Shown in pieces: positions 54,908 to 63,634 of a stretch of DNA of 64,000 nucleotides. Numbering within the stretch: position 1 is the stretch's first letter; each line of letters opens with the position of its first letter. A program made the position numbers and the translations under genes. A model generated the notes under the pieces. The model saw only the letters and a program-made list of their open reading frames with translations. It had not been told where the DNA came from and ran no database searches. The stretch is from the NCBI GenBank assembly GCA_040773245.1, contig JAXGWO010000011.1, positions 9,227 through 73,226 of the forward strand, in the 5' to 3' direction. This DNA is from PVC group bacterium. Lineage in GTDB: Bacteria > Auribacterota > Erginobacteria > Erginobacterales > Erginobacteraceae.

Positions 54908-56628
54908 GTCACCACCTCGCGGCGCCGATAGGCGGTGTGGAGCAGTTGGTGGCTCTTCTCCCCCAGGGGGGCGCCGAGGAATTCCCGGTAGAGGCGCCGG
55001 ATCGATCGGTTGCGGTGGGAGACCCGGACCGCCTCCGTCCGGTCGAGCCGGTAGAGGGACTTCATTCTCTCCCGGAGGGCTTCGGGATCGGAGCTGATCG
55101 GCTGGCCGCCGCCGTTGATACAGCCGCCCGGGCAGGTCATCACCTCGATGAAGTGCGGCCTTCTCAGGCCGGCCCGGATGTCATCGAGGATCCGCCTGGC
55201 GTTGCCCACGCCGTTGGCCACCGCTACCCGCAGCCGGAGATCCCCGATCGGGATTTCGGCTTCCCGGATCCCCTCCTCCCCCCGCAGGGCTTCGATCCGC
55301 GGGTTCTCCATATCCCGTCCGGTGAGGAGGAAGTGGGCGTTGCGGACGGCGGCCTCCATCACCCCGCCGCTGGCCCCGAAGAGCTTGCCCGCCGTGGTCC
55401 GCTCGCCGAAGGGGGTGTCGGCGGTATCCGGCTCGATCCGGTCGAGGTCGATCCCCCGCATCCGGATCGCCCGGGCCAGTTCCCGGGTGGTGAGGACGGC
55501 GTCGATATCCGGCAGACCACCCCGGGACATCTCCGGCCGGCCGGCCTCGAACTTCTTGGCCGTGCAGGGCATAATCGCCACGGAGAAGATCTTCTCTGGG
55601 CCGATCCCCTCCCTTCCGGCGAAGTGGGTCTTGATCACCGCACCCATCATCTGCTGGGGGCTCTTGCAGGTGGAGAGGTTGGGGATGAACTCCGGGTAGA
55701 ACTCCTCCACGAACTTGACCCAGCCCGGCGAGCAGCTGGTCATCATCGGCAGCACCCCGTTGTTTTTCAGCCGGTCGACCAGCTCGGCGCTCTCCTCCAT
55801 TATCGTCAGGTCGGCGGAGAAGGCGGTGTCGAAGACCCGGTCGAAGCCGAGCCGGCGCAGGGCGGCGGTCAGGGCCCCGGCGATGTCCTTCCCCGGCCCG
55901 ACCCCGAACTCCTCGCCCAGGGTGACCGAGATCGAGGGGGCGTGCTGGACGACCACGAACTTCTCCGGGTCGGCCAGGGCTTCGGTCACCGACTTGATCG
56001 AGCTCTGCTCCCGCAGCGCCCCGGTGGGGCAGACCCGGATGCACTGCCCGCAGTAGACGCAGCTGCTGATGTTGATCCCTTCCCCGAAGGCGGTCGAGAT
56101 CCGGGTCTTGCTGCCCCGCCCGGTGAAGTCGATCGCCGCCACCCCCTGGACCTCCGCGCAGACCCTCACGCACTTCCCGCAGAGGACGCACTTGGCCGGG
56201 TCGCGCTCGATCGCCGGGCTGGAGATATCGAGATGTTCCACCGTCTTGGCCCCACCATAGCGGCGCTCCCGGACCCCCAGCTCCTCTGCCAGTTCCTGGA
56301 GCCGGCAGTCTCCGGACCGGACGCAGTAGAGGCAGTCGTCGGGGTGGTCGGCCAGGAGCAGCTCGACGATGGTCTTGCGGGCCCGGACCGCCCGGGGGGA
56401 GTGGGTCAGGACCTTCATCCCCCCGGCCGCCGGTGTGGCGCAGCTCGGAGCCAGCCCCGAATGGCCTTCGATCTCCACCACGCAGAGACGGCAGGCCCCG
56501 GTCGGGGTCATCCCCTCGATGTGGCAGAGAGTGGGGATCTTCCACCCGGCCCGCCGGATCACCCCCAGGAGCATCTCGCCCTTCTCGGCCTCGGTCGGCC
56601 GGCCGTTGATCTCGACCGTGATCTTCAT
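54904..56628 (-). CDS. hydA: [FeFe]-hydrogenase catalytic subunit (N-terminal 2Fe-2S and 4Fe-4S ferredoxin-like domains + H-domain)
   Basis: Start at MKITVEINGRPTE overlaps the hydB stop (ATGA). The track's upstream 148 codons are rejected. 2Fe-2S 'CHIEGMTPTGACRLC'. Two CxxCxxCxxxCP motifs. H-cluster L2 'IMPCTAKKFE' and L3 'EVMTCPGGCINGGGQP'. The L1 motif reads 'TSCSPGW' instead of the canonical TSCCPxW. Confidence 0.85.
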   Translation of the reverse strand: MKITVEINGRPTEAEKGEMLLGVIRRAGWKIPTLCHIEGMTPTGACRLCVVEIEGHSGLAPSCATPAAGGMKVLTHSPRAVRARKTIVELLLADHPDDCLYCVRSGDCRLQELAEELGVRERRYGGAKTVEHLDISSPAIERDPAKCVLCGKCVRVCAEVQGVAAIDFTGRGSKTRISTAFGEGINISSCVYCGQCIRVCPTGALREQSSIKSVTEALADPEKFVVVQHAPSISVTLGEEFGVGPGKDIAGALTAALRRLGFDRVFDTAFSADLTIMEESAELVDRLKNNGVLPMMTSCSPGWVKFVEEFYPEFIPNLSTCKSPQQMMGAVIKTHFAGREGIGPEKIFSVAIMPCTAKKFEAGRPEMSRGGLPDIDAVLTTRELARAIRMRGIDLDRIEPDTADTPFGERTTAGKLFGASGGVMEAAVRNAHFLLTGRDMENPRIEALRGEEGIREAEIPIGDLRLRVAVANGVGNARRILDDIRAGLRRPHFIEVMTCPGGCINGGGQPISSDPEALRERMKSLYRLDRTEAVRVSHRNRSIRRLYREFLGAPLGEKSHQLLHTAYRRREVVT

Positions 56629-58613
56629 TCCCGGATCACCGCCTGGAACTTGCAGACTTCGTAACAGGCCCCGCAGCCGGTGCACTTCTCCTGGAGGATG
56701 TAGTGCATCCGCTTGGCCGTCCCCTTGATCGCCCCCGCCGGGCAGTTCCGGGCGCAGATGGTGCAGCCGACGCACTTCTCGGGATCGATCCGGAAGGTCA
56801 TCAGTTCCCGGCAGGCCCCGGCCGGGCAGCGGCGCTCGTAGACGTGGGCCTCGTACTCGTCCCGGAAGAAACGCAGTGTGCTTAAGACCGGGTTGGGCGC
56901 GGACTGTCCCAGGCCGCAGAGGCTGGTGTCCTTGATCGTCCCCGCCAGCCGCTCCAGGTACATCACGCTCTTGAACCTCTCCAGGGCCCCGGTTCCCGCC
57001 GTCTTCCGGCGGCTGGTGATGGATTGCAGGGTTTCCAGCATCCTCCGGGTTCCCTCCCGGCAGGGGATGCACTTGCCGCAGGACTCGCGCTGGATGAAGT
57101 CCATAAAGAACTTGGCCACGTCGACCATACAGGTATCCTCGTCCATCACCACCAGTCCCCCCGAACCCATCATCGCTCCCACGGTCTTGAGCGACTCGTA
57201 GTCGATGTCGATATCCAGATGCCCCTCGGGGATGCAGCCGCCCGACGGTCCCCCGATCTGGACCGCCTTGTACTTCTTCCCCCCGGCGATCCCGCCGCCG
57301 ATCTCGAAGATGATCTTTCTCAGCGGGGTGCCCATCGCCACCTCAACCAGCCCGGTCCGGGCGATCTTGCCCGAGAGGGCGAAGACCTTGGTCCCCGGGC
57401 TTCCGGCGGTGCCGAACTGGGCGAACTCTCCCGGGCCCCGGGAGAGGATCTCCGGGAGGTTGGCCAGGGTCTCCACGTTGTTGATCACGGTCGGCCGGCC
57501 GAAGAGGCCGGAGACGGCGGGGTAGGGGGGGCGGGGCCGGGGCATTCCGCGCTTCCCCTCGATACTGTGGATCAGGGCGGTCTCCTCGCCGCAGACGAAG
57601 GCCCCGGCCCCCATCTTGATTTTGATCTCCAGCTTCATCCCGCTGTCGAGGATGTTGTAGCCGAGCAGCCCGTACTCGCGGGCCTGTTCGATCGCGGCCT
57701 TCAGCCGCTCGATCGCCAGGGGATACTCCGCCCGGATGTAGACGTAGGCCCGGGCGGCCCCGATCGCGTAGGCGGCGATGGCGATCCCCTCCAGCAGGCG
57801 GTGGGGGTCGCCCTCGATCACCGCCCGGTCCATAAAGGCCCCCGGGTCGCCCTCGTCGGCGTTGCAGATCAGGTACTTCTGGTCGGCGGTCGCCTCCAGG
57901 GCCACCCGCCACTTCTTCCCGGTCGGGAAGCCGCCGCCGCCCCGTCCCCGCAGCCCGCTCTCCTCCACCGCCCGGCAGAGTTCCTCCCGGGTGAGGTTGC
58001 GGACGGTGGCGGCGAAAGCGCGCCAGCCGCCGCGGGCGATGTACTCGTCGATCGACCCCGGGTCGATCACCCCGCAGTTGGCCAGGACCAGGCGGGTCTG
58101 GTCCCGGAAGAAGGGGTGTTCGTCGAGATAGGGGAGGTCCGGCCAGGCCTCGCGCCCCTCCTGGCGGTACTGACCGAGAACCAGGCCGGTCGGGATCTGG
58201 CCGTCGATCGCTCCCACCACCCGTTCCGCCTCCGCCCCGCTCACCCGGGCGAAGGAGAGCCGGTGCTTCCCCGGCATCTGGAGGTCGACAATCGGCTCCT
58301 CCGAGCAGAGCCCCACGCACCCGACCTCCACCACTTCGGCGTCGATCTTTCTCCGGGAAATCTCTTTCCGCAGATTTAGCAAGGTCTGGTCGGCTCCGGC
58401 CGCCCGGCCGCAGGTGCCGGCGCCGACGAAGAAGACCGGGCGGGTCATTTTTTCCCGCTTCAGGGCGGCGATGCGAACCCGGATCATCTCGGCGCAGTCC
58501 CGGCGGTCGTGGCAGAGCGGTCCCGAGGTGACGCAGGCCACCCGGTCCGGGCAGGGGGTCTCGCGGCTGTGCCGGCACTTCTCGCAGCATTTTTCCGTCA
58601 GCTTCAGGTTCAC
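56625..58613 (-). CDS. hydB: NADH-binding flavoprotein subunit of multimeric [FeFe]-hydrogenase (NuoF-like, with N-terminal and C-terminal FeS domains)
   Basis: 'GRGGGGFPTGKKW' FMN/NADH-site motif of NuoF/HoxF. N-terminal Cys-rich domain. C-terminal 2x 4Fe-4S 'CVGCTICARNCP' and 'CTGCGACYEVC'. Confidence 0.85.
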   Translation of the reverse strand: MNLKLTEKCCEKCRHSRETPCPDRVACVTSGPLCHDRRDCAEMIRVRIAALKREKMTRPVFFVGAGTCGRAAGADQTLLNLRKEISRRKIDAEVVEVGCVGLCSEEPIVDLQMPGKHRLSFARVSGAEAERVVGAIDGQIPTGLVLGQYRQEGREAWPDLPYLDEHPFFRDQTRLVLANCGVIDPGSIDEYIARGGWRAFAATVRNLTREELCRAVEESGLRGRGGGGFPTGKKWRVALEATADQKYLICNADEGDPGAFMDRAVIEGDPHRLLEGIAIAAYAIGAARAYVYIRAEYPLAIERLKAAIEQAREYGLLGYNILDSGMKLEIKIKMGAGAFVCGEETALIHSIEGKRGMPRPRPPYPAVSGLFGRPTVINNVETLANLPEILSRGPGEFAQFGTAGSPGTKVFALSGKIARTGLVEVAMGTPLRKIIFEIGGGIAGGKKYKAVQIGGPSGGCIPEGHLDIDIDYESLKTVGAMMGSGGLVVMDEDTCMVDVAKFFMDFIQRESCGKCIPCREGTRRMLETLQSITSRRKTAGTGALERFKSVMYLERLAGTIKDTSLCGLGQSAPNPVLSTLRFFRDEYEAHVYERRCPAGACRELMTFRIDPEKCVGCTICARNCPAGAIKGTAKRMHYILQEKCTGCGACYEVCKFQAVIRE

Positions 58614-59107
58614 TCCTCTTCTTCCTGCGAATGGTAACGCTTTAAAATGGCGGGGATGTCGTCGCCGGAGAGGTTGGCGTGGAACTGGCCGTTGACCGAG
58701 AGCACCGGGGCCAGTCCGCAGGCTCCGATGCAGGCCACCACCTCGAGGCTGAAGAGGCCGTCCCGGGTGGTCTGGCCCGGTTTGACCTTCAGCTCCCGCT
58801 CCAGCCGTTCCAGCACCGCCGCCGACCCCTTGACGTGACAGGCGGTCCCCCGACAGACCTGGATGTGGTACTTCCCCCGGGGCTGGAACCGGAACTGGTT
58901 GTAGAAGGTGGCCACCCCGTAGATCTTGCTGGCCGGAAGGTTGAGGCGCCGGCCGACCAGCAGGACCGCCTCCCGGGAGAGGTAACCCTCTTCCTCCTGG
59001 ACCCGCTGGAGGAGCGGGATCAGGGCCTCTCTCCCTGACTCCGGGTATTGGCGGATCAGGGATTCGACCGCCGCCGCCTTCTCGGGTAATCTGTTCATAT
59101 TTCCCAA
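58610..59107 (-). CDS. hydC: NuoE-like thioredoxin-fold 2Fe-2S subunit of multimeric [FeFe]-hydrogenase
   Basis: 'CRGTACHVKG...CIGACGLAP' is the four-Cys 2Fe-2S motif of NuoE/HoxE. 165 aa. Confidence 0.85.
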   Translation of the reverse strand: MGNMNRLPEKAAAVESLIRQYPESGREALIPLLQRVQEEEGYLSREAVLLVGRRLNLPASKIYGVATFYNQFRFQPRGKYHIQVCRGTACHVKGSAAVLERLERELKVKPGQTTRDGLFSLEVVACIGACGLAPVLSVNGQFHANLSGDDIPAILKRYHSQEEEE

Positions 59108-59111
59108 CCGT

Positions 59112-59768
59112 CTACTCCGGGCGGTGGCGCCGGGCCAGGCAGGCGATCTTATCCAAGGCGATCGCCATATCCATATTCTCCACGACCACCTCTTCCGGGA
59201 GCCGGAGTGTCTCCGGAGCGAAGTTCAAAATTCCCCGCACCCCGGCGGCCGCCAGTTCCCCGGCGACTTCCTGGGCGGCGGCGGCGGGGACGGTGAGGAT
59301 CGCCACCCGGATCCTTTCGCTCTCGATCACCCGCCGGAGTTCCCCCGCGGGATAAGACCGGCAGCCGTGGATCACCCTCCCGGTCTTGGCGGGGTCGGAG
59401 TCGAAGGAGGCCACGATCTTCAGCTTGGGATGATGGGAGGCGAAGAAGGGGAGGAGCGCCCGCCCCAGGTTGCCCAGGCCGACCAGGGCGACCGGCTCCC
59501 CGGCGGGGTTGTCGAGGACGTCTCCGATGAAACCGACCAGTTCCTCGATGTCGTACCCCCTCTTGGTGTTGCCGGAACAGCCGATCTCCATCAGGTCGCG
59601 GCGGACCTGGGCCGCCGTCACCCCGGCCGCGGCCGCCAGGCCGTGGGAATAGACTTTCCCCCGCCCTTCCCCGGCCAGCTTGCCCAGCAGCCGGCGGTAG
59701 ACGCTCAATCTCTCGATCGTTCTCCCGGTAATATTTTTCACCTCAGCCGCTCTTCCTTGTCTGTTCAA
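59112..59768 (-). CDS. rex: redox-sensing transcriptional repressor Rex
   Basis: 'ERLSVYRRLL' winged-helix region. 'ALVGLGNLGRAL' Rossmann NADH site. 'AILTVPAAAAQEV'. 'ILNFAP'. Track start is TTG 59768. GTG 59741 with AAGGAAGAG upstream is an alternative start. Confidence 0.85.
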   Translation of the reverse strand: MNRQGRAAEVKNITGRTIERLSVYRRLLGKLAGEGRGKVYSHGLAAAAGVTAAQVRRDLMEIGCSGNTKRGYDIEELVGFIGDVLDNPAGEPVALVGLGNLGRALLPFFASHHPKLKIVASFDSDPAKTGRVIHGCRSYPAGELRRVIESERIRVAILTVPAAAAQEVAGELAAAGVRGILNFAPETLRLPEEVVVENMDMAIALDKIACLARRHRPE

Positions 59769-59802
59769 TGGTTCACATCAACAAAATATTCTATATCTCA
59801 CT

Positions 59803-59818
59803 GTGAAATGAATCACAG
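59803..59818. promoter_or_regulatory. Rex operator (TGTGAAATGAATCACA) overlapping the rex/hydCBA promoter
   Basis: Near-palindrome matching the Rex-box consensus TTGTGAAnnnnTTCACAA. Lies just downstream of a minus-strand -35 TTGACA (59843-59848) and -10 TATCTT (59819-59824), and 35-60 nt upstream of the rex start. An additional TTCACA half-site is at 59772-59777. Confidence 0.5.
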
Positions 59819-59881
59819 AAGATACTACATAGTCCAGGGACCTGTCAAGGGCGAATCGGAAATTTTTTCAACAGAGCCCGG

Positions 59882-59910
59882 TTGACATCCGGATGGCGAT
59901 AGTATAGATT
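59882..59910 (+). promoter_or_regulatory. sigma-70-type promoter TTGACA-17-TAGATT for the divergent MerR-family gene
   Basis: gTTGACAtccggatggcgatagtaTAGATTgcc, ~40 nt upstream of ATG 59948. Low-GC divergent intergenic region shared with rex. Confidence 0.45.
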
Positions 59911-59947
59911 GCCCCATCTGTAAACGGTGTTTATATGGCAGTGGACA

Positions 59948-60286
59948 ATGACCTTGTCAGGTAAGCGGAATCGGGACGACGTCCAGCCCCTCTTCACGAT
60001 CGGTGTGGTGGCCGAGATGATCGGGGTCACGCCGGCCACGCTGAGGCTGTGGGAGAAGAAGGGGTTGGTCTCCCCCTCCCGGCGGGGGAAGAACCGCTGC
60101 TATTCCTACCGTGATCTGGAACGGCTCCGGGAGATCAAACGCCTGCTCGGGGAGAAGAGGATGAACATCGCCGGGGTCCGGGCCGTTCTGGGCCGTGAGC
60201 GTTGCTGGGACCTGAAGGGGTGCGGCCCTCGCCGGGAGACCTGCCCGGTCTACCGGCAGGAAGAGGGGGTGCGGGGACGAGAATGA
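59948..60286 (+). CDS. MerR-family transcriptional regulator with Cys-rich C-terminal tail
   Basis: 'FTIGVVAEMIGVTPATLRLWEKKGL' MerR HTH. C-terminal 'CWDLKGCGPRRETCPVY' (three Cys). Track start is GTG 59927. The first ATG is at 59948. Confidence 0.7.
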   Translation: MTLSGKRNRDDVQPLFTIGVVAEMIGVTPATLRLWEKKGLVSPSRRGKNRCYSYRDLERLREIKRLLGEKRMNIAGVRAVLGRERCWDLKGCGPRRETCPVYRQEEGVRGRE

Positions 60287-61494
60287 CGAAGACGATCGCC
60301 GAGATCAACGCGAAGATCCGGTCGGGGAAGGCGGTGGTGGTCACCGCCGAGGAATTGATCGGCCGGGTGGAGGAGACCGGGGTCCGCCGGGCCGCCCGGG
60401 AAGTCGACGTGGTCACCACCGGGACGATGGGACCGATGTGCTCCTCCGGAGCTTACTTCAACCTCGGACAGGGGAAGCCGAAGATGAAGTTGGGCGGGGG
60501 TCGGGCCACTCTCAACGACGTCCCCGTCTACACCGGGCTGGCGGCCGGGGACTTCTTTCTCGGGGCGGGAGCGCTCCCGGATACCGATCCCCGGAATATG
60601 ATCTACCCGGGCCGGTTTCTTTACGGGGGCGGCCACGTGATCGAGGACCTGGTCGCGGGGAAGGAACTCCCCTTCATCGCCCACGGCTACGGCACCGACT
60701 GCTACCCCCGGAAGGAGCTGGCGGTCCGGGTCAGCCTGAAGGACTTCAACCAGGCGGTCCTCTTCAACCCCCGGAACATCTACCAGAACTACAACGCGGC
60801 GGCCAACCTCTCCGACCGGGTGATCTACACCTATATGGGGGTTCTGAAGCCGGGTTTGGGGAACGTGAACTACTGCAGCGCCGGCCAGCTCTCCCCCCTG
60901 CTCAAGGATCCCTTCTTCCGGACCATCGGGATCGGGACCCGGGTCTTTCTCGGCGGCGGGGTCGGATACGTGGCCTGGTGGGGTACCCAGCACAACACCG
61001 CGGCGGAGACCGACGAGCGCGGGGTCCCGGCCGCGCCGGCGGGGACGGCCGCCCTGATCGGGGATCTGAAGGGGATGTCGCCGGAGTGGCTCAAGGGGGC
61101 CAGCTTCACCGGTTACGGGGCGACCCTGGCGGTGGGGGTGGGGGTGCCGATCCCGGTCCTGGACGAGGAGGTCTGCCGCTACGCCGCATTGCGGGACCGG
61201 GATCTCAGGACCCGGGTGGTCGATTACAGCCGGGACTACCCATTGGGACGCTCCACCGTGCTCGCCCGGGTCACCTACGAGGAGCTCAAGAGCGGGTCGA
61301 TCCGGATCCGGAAGAAGGAGGTGCCGACCGCCTCCCTCTCCAGCTACCCCCGGGCCCGGGAGATCGCCGGGATATTGAAGGAATGGATCGCCGGAGGGAA
61401 GTTCCTCCTCACCGAACGGGTGGCCGAGTTCCCCGGACCCGGCTCCGGGTACGCCTACCGGCCGTTGAAGGAACGGCCGATAAGTGGGCAGTAG
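60283..61494 (+). CDS. COG1900/DUF39-family protein (homolog of methanogen homocysteine-biosynthesis L-aspartate-semialdehyde sulfurtransferase)
   Basis: ~400 aa with conserved Cys in 'TGTMGPMCSSGA'. Immediately followed by a NIL-domain ferredoxin, which is the conserved two-gene arrangement. Start ATG 60283 overlaps the MerR-family stop (ATGA). Confidence 0.7.
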   Translation: MTKTIAEINAKIRSGKAVVVTAEELIGRVEETGVRRAAREVDVVTTGTMGPMCSSGAYFNLGQGKPKMKLGGGRATLNDVPVYTGLAAGDFFLGAGALPDTDPRNMIYPGRFLYGGGHVIEDLVAGKELPFIAHGYGTDCYPRKELAVRVSLKDFNQAVLFNPRNIYQNYNAAANLSDRVIYTYMGVLKPGLGNVNYCSAGQLSPLLKDPFFRTIGIGTRVFLGGGVGYVAWWGTQHNTAAETDERGVPAAPAGTAALIGDLKGMSPEWLKGASFTGYGATLAVGVGVPIPVLDEEVCRYAALRDRDLRTRVVDYSRDYPLGRSTVLARVTYEELKSGSIRIRKKEVPTASLSSYPRAREIAGILKEWIAGGKFLLTERVAEFPGPGSGYAYRPLKERPISGQ

Positions 61495-61846
61495 GCAGTG
61501 GGGAGTGGGCAGTGGGGACGGCGGGCGGTAATCGGTAAGCAGTGAGGAGTAAGCCCGGCGGCCGAGCGCATAGAGCATAGCGTCAGGCAACCGATTTGCC
61601 GAGATCCGGTTAAATTGGGCAGTGGGCAATGGGGAGTGGTATTTAATTAGAGCAATCTGTGTAATCAGGGGACTGACAAAGGGGGCGAGGTGGAGGGTAC
61701 CGATAAACATTCGTGGTAATTAGTGGAATTAGTGGACTAAAAAAGGGGGAGAGGCGGGGGTTAAATTAGTGAAGATTGGCGAGGATTCGTGGTTAAACAA
61801 GGGAGGGAGGGGGCGGAAACGGTTCAAGATGATTCGTGGATAGGAA
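61495..61846 (+). repeat. purine-rich (plus strand) mosaic of short direct repeats: GGGCAGTRGG tandem units, ATTAGTGGA, GATTCGTGG x3, AAAAAGGGGGAGAGGCGGGGG, GATTGGCGAGGATT, and G-run cluster GGGAGGGAGGGGGCGG
   Basis: 352-bp non-coding gap upstream of the NIL-ferredoxin gene. The same repeat words recur at 62255..62428. Confidence 0.5.
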
Positions 61847-62254
61847 ATGGTTTCGAAACGGATAGTTCTTCACTTCCCCAAGGACCTGGTCGGGGAACCG
61901 ATTATGAGCCGGCTGGTCCTCAAGTACGGGCTGGAGTGCAACATACTCAAGGCCTCGATCCTCCCCCGCCAGGTAGGGATTATGGTCCTTGGACTCAAGG
62001 GCCGGAACAAGGACTACCACGAGGCGATCGAGTACCTGAAGAGCCTCCAGGTCACCGTCCAGCCGCTCAGCCAGGACGTGACCCGCAACCCCGCCCGCTG
62101 CAACCACTGCGGGGCCTGCGTCACCATCTGTCCCACCTCCGCCCTGACCCGGGACCCGGAGACGGGGGAGATCAGGTTCGACAAGAACGCCTGCATCGGT
62201 TGCGAGCTCTGCATCCCCGCCTGCCCGATGCAGGCGATGGAAGTGCATTTTTAA
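61847..62254 (+). CDS. NIL-domain 2x[4Fe-4S] ferredoxin (partner of the COG1900 protein)
   Basis: N-terminal NIL domain (~75 aa). 'CNHCGACVTICP' and 'CIGCELCIPACP' ferredoxin motifs. Confidence 0.8.
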   Translation: MVSKRIVLHFPKDLVGEPIMSRLVLKYGLECNILKASILPRQVGIMVLGLKGRNKDYHEAIEYLKSLQVTVQPLSQDVTRNPARCNHCGACVTICPTSALTRDPETGEIRFDKNACIGCELCIPACPMQAMEVHF

Positions 62255-62428
62255 GTTCAAAGTTAAAAGTGCAAAGTTCGAAGTTACAGAGGGGGCGAGG
62301 ACGGGGGAAAGATTGGTGAAGATTAGCGAGGATTAGCGGTTATAAAAAGGGGGAGAGGCAGGGGGAAAATTAGAGGAAAATTAGTGTAATTAGTGGATAA
62401 AAAAGAGGGTGAGGCGGGGGTAACTTGA
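62255..62428 (+). repeat. second purine-rich repeat mosaic (AAGTTNAAAG tandem, GATTGGTGAAGATTAGCGAGGATTAGCGG, AAAAAGGGGGAGAGGCAGGGGG, AATTAGNG x3, AAAAAGAGGGTGAGGCGGGGG)
   Basis: 174-bp non-coding gap between the ferredoxin and nifS-like genes. Shares >=4 repeat words with 61495..61846. Confidence 0.5.
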
Positions 62429-63631
62429 TTGGATATCAGTGGAGAAATGAGAAAGATCTATCTCGACCATAACGCCACCACGCCGCTGCGGGAGGAAGTC
62501 CTGGCGGCGATGACCGATGTTTACCGGAACGTCTCCGGCAATCCTTCCAGCATCCACTTCCTGGGGCGGGAGGCGAGGAAGAGGCTGGAGGCCGGTCGGA
62601 AGCAAGTGGCGGAGGCCGTCGGGGCGAAGCCGGAGGAGATTGTCTTCACCGGGGGCGGGACGGAGGCCGACAACCTGGCCGTCCAGGGGGTGGCTTACTC
62701 CTACCGCTCCAAGGGCAGCCATATAATCACCTCTTCGATCGAGCACCCCGCGGTCCTCTCGGCCTGCCGCTTCCTGGAGAAGGAGGGTTTCTCCGTCACC
62801 TATCTCCCGGTCAGCCGGGATGGCTTGGTCGAACTGGAGGAACTGGAGAAGGCGATCCGTCCGGAGACGATCCTGATCTCGGTGATGACCGCCAACAACG
62901 AGACCGGGACCATCCAGCCGGTGGCCGGGATCGGGGAGATCGCCCGCGCCCGGAAGATCGTCTTCCACACCGACGCCATCCAGGGGCTGGGCAAGATCCC
63001 CATCTCGGCCGGTGAGATCAGGGCCGACCTGGTCTCCCTCTCCGCCCACAAGATCTACGGGCCCCAGGGGGTCGGGGCCCTCTACATCCGCAAGGGAACC
63101 CGGGTCCGCCCGCTGACTTACGGCGGCCACCACGAGAGGGGCAAGCGGCCGGGGACCGAGAACCTGGCCGGGATCGTCGGCTTCGGCGAGGCCTGCCGGC
63201 TGGCCCTCGAGGATCTGGAGAGCGAGGCCGACCGGCTCCGCCTCCTCCGGGACCGGCTCTGCTCCGATATCTCGGAGAGAATTTCCCGGGTGAAACTGAA
63301 CGGCGCCCCCGGACTGCGCCTGCCCAACACCCTGAACCTGAGCTTCGAATTCGTCGAGGGAGAGGGGATCCTCCTCGGCCTGGAAGAACAGGGGATCGCC
63401 GCCGCCACCGGCTCCGCCTGCACTTCGGGCGAACTCGCACCCTCCCACGTGCTCTCTGCGATGGGGGTGGAGGCGGCCCTGGCCCAGGGATCGATCCGTT
63501 TCTCCCTCGGCCGGGAGAACACCCTGGAAGATATCCTCCATACCGTTGAAGTCCTGGTTCCGGTGGTCCGGAGACTGCGGGAGATGTCACCCTTCTCCGA
63601 GCCGGATACCGATAAGCAAGGAGATAATTAA
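62429..63631 (+). CDS. nifS: cysteine desulfurase (NifS/IscS, class I aminotransferase-V)
   Basis: 'SAHKIYGPQGVGALY' PLP-lysine motif. 'SGSACTSG' active-site Cys loop. 400 aa. Confidence 0.9.
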   Translation: MDISGEMRKIYLDHNATTPLREEVLAAMTDVYRNVSGNPSSIHFLGREARKRLEAGRKQVAEAVGAKPEEIVFTGGGTEADNLAVQGVAYSYRSKGSHIITSSIEHPAVLSACRFLEKEGFSVTYLPVSRDGLVELEELEKAIRPETILISVMTANNETGTIQPVAGIGEIARARKIVFHTDAIQGLGKIPISAGEIRADLVSLSAHKIYGPQGVGALYIRKGTRVRPLTYGGHHERGKRPGTENLAGIVGFGEACRLALEDLESEADRLRLLRDRLCSDISERISRVKLNGAPGLRLPNTLNLSFEFVEGEGILLGLEEQGIAAATGSACTSGELAPSHVLSAMGVEAALAQGSIRFSLGRENTLEDILHTVEVLVPVVRRLREMSPFSEPDTDKQGDN

Positions 63632-63634
63632 CTG

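Noticed and set aside
54877-58590. ORFs 54877..56664(+), 55181..56545(-), 57024..58379(+), 57343..58590(-)
   Set aside because: Shadow frames over hydA and hydB. Also rejected is the upstream 148-codon extension of the hydA ORF (56629..57072), which overlaps hydB.
60250-61710. ORFs 60250..61710(-) and 60438..61538(+)
   Set aside because: Antisense or off-frame to the COG1900 gene.
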